Shown: piece by piece, positions 63,765 to 64,000 of the stretch | Position numbering within the stretch: the first letter of the stretch is position 1 | Layout: the number at the start of each line of letters is the position of its first letter | Source of the DNA: Chiloscyllium plagiosum | Lineage: Eukaryota | Length of the DNA: 64,000 nucleotides | Assembly (NCBI RefSeq): GCF_004010195.1 | Contig: NC_057719.1 | Coordinates: 31,794,883-31,858,882, forward strand | Direction of reading: 5' to 3' | The notes under the pieces: model-generated | Told to the model about the DNA's origin: nothing | Database searches by the model: none | Seen by the model: the letters and a program-made list of their open reading frames with translations, nothing else | Program-made: the position numbers and the translations under genes

Positions 63765-63930
63765 TACTGCAGCAAACTATGGTGTAAGTATATCAATGAC
63801 ACATTTCGTATGCCAGCATCCGTGAACATAAGGTTCACATGGCTGTTGCCCATGGAGTGTTCCCTGAGATGTTGGTGCTGGATGTCCAAGATGGCAAGTG
63901 GTAAACTGGACTCACCAGGTACCTGCTCAG
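63765..63930 (+). mobile_element. Ancient PLE-type RT relic
   Basis: KLWCKYINDTF then NIRFT, matching the PLE WxRYVDDTF..IxFT pattern. Confidence 0.45.
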
Positions 63931-64000
63931 AGATTCACGTCAGGCAATCTCAGTGTTTCCTTGCAGCGAGTGGTTGGATAGGAGACTGCATGTTAATGAG

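Overview
Eukaryotic, AT-rich, repeat-dense DNA that looks like a shark or ray genome. That call rests on HE1-type V-SINEs, their partner CR1/HER1-like LINEs and SacSINE1-like DeuSINE pieces, and is an inference. I found no host protein-coding exon, rRNA, true tRNA gene or CRISPR array, so the window reads as intergenic or deep intronic. Nearly all long ORFs are fragments or antisense shadows of retroelements: CR1 LINEs, Penelope-like elements (PLEs, RT + GIY-YIG), Tx1-like LINEs, Gmr1-like Gypsy relics, solo LTRs and SINEs. The strongest signal is a PLE system. One near-full-length PLE with tandem and inverted pseudo-LTRs sits at 24827-27901. Several truncated PLEs and a set of 95-200 bp non-coding mini-elements with target-site duplications (TSDs) accompany it. 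At least three sequence families carry minimal type-I hammerhead ribozyme motifs (CUGANGA-stem II-GAAAC-GUH). Hammerheads in PLEs are known in general; whether these mini-elements form a distinct ribozyme-centred mobile family needs testing. The window also records several small rearrangements: a 73-bp inverted templated insertion, a 23-bp micro-inversion inside an RT, an A-B-A-C-B duplication, a perfect 33-bp-arm palindrome and a four-element nested insertion with readable TSDs. Family names come from motif recognition by eye, and boundaries of old elements are approximate.
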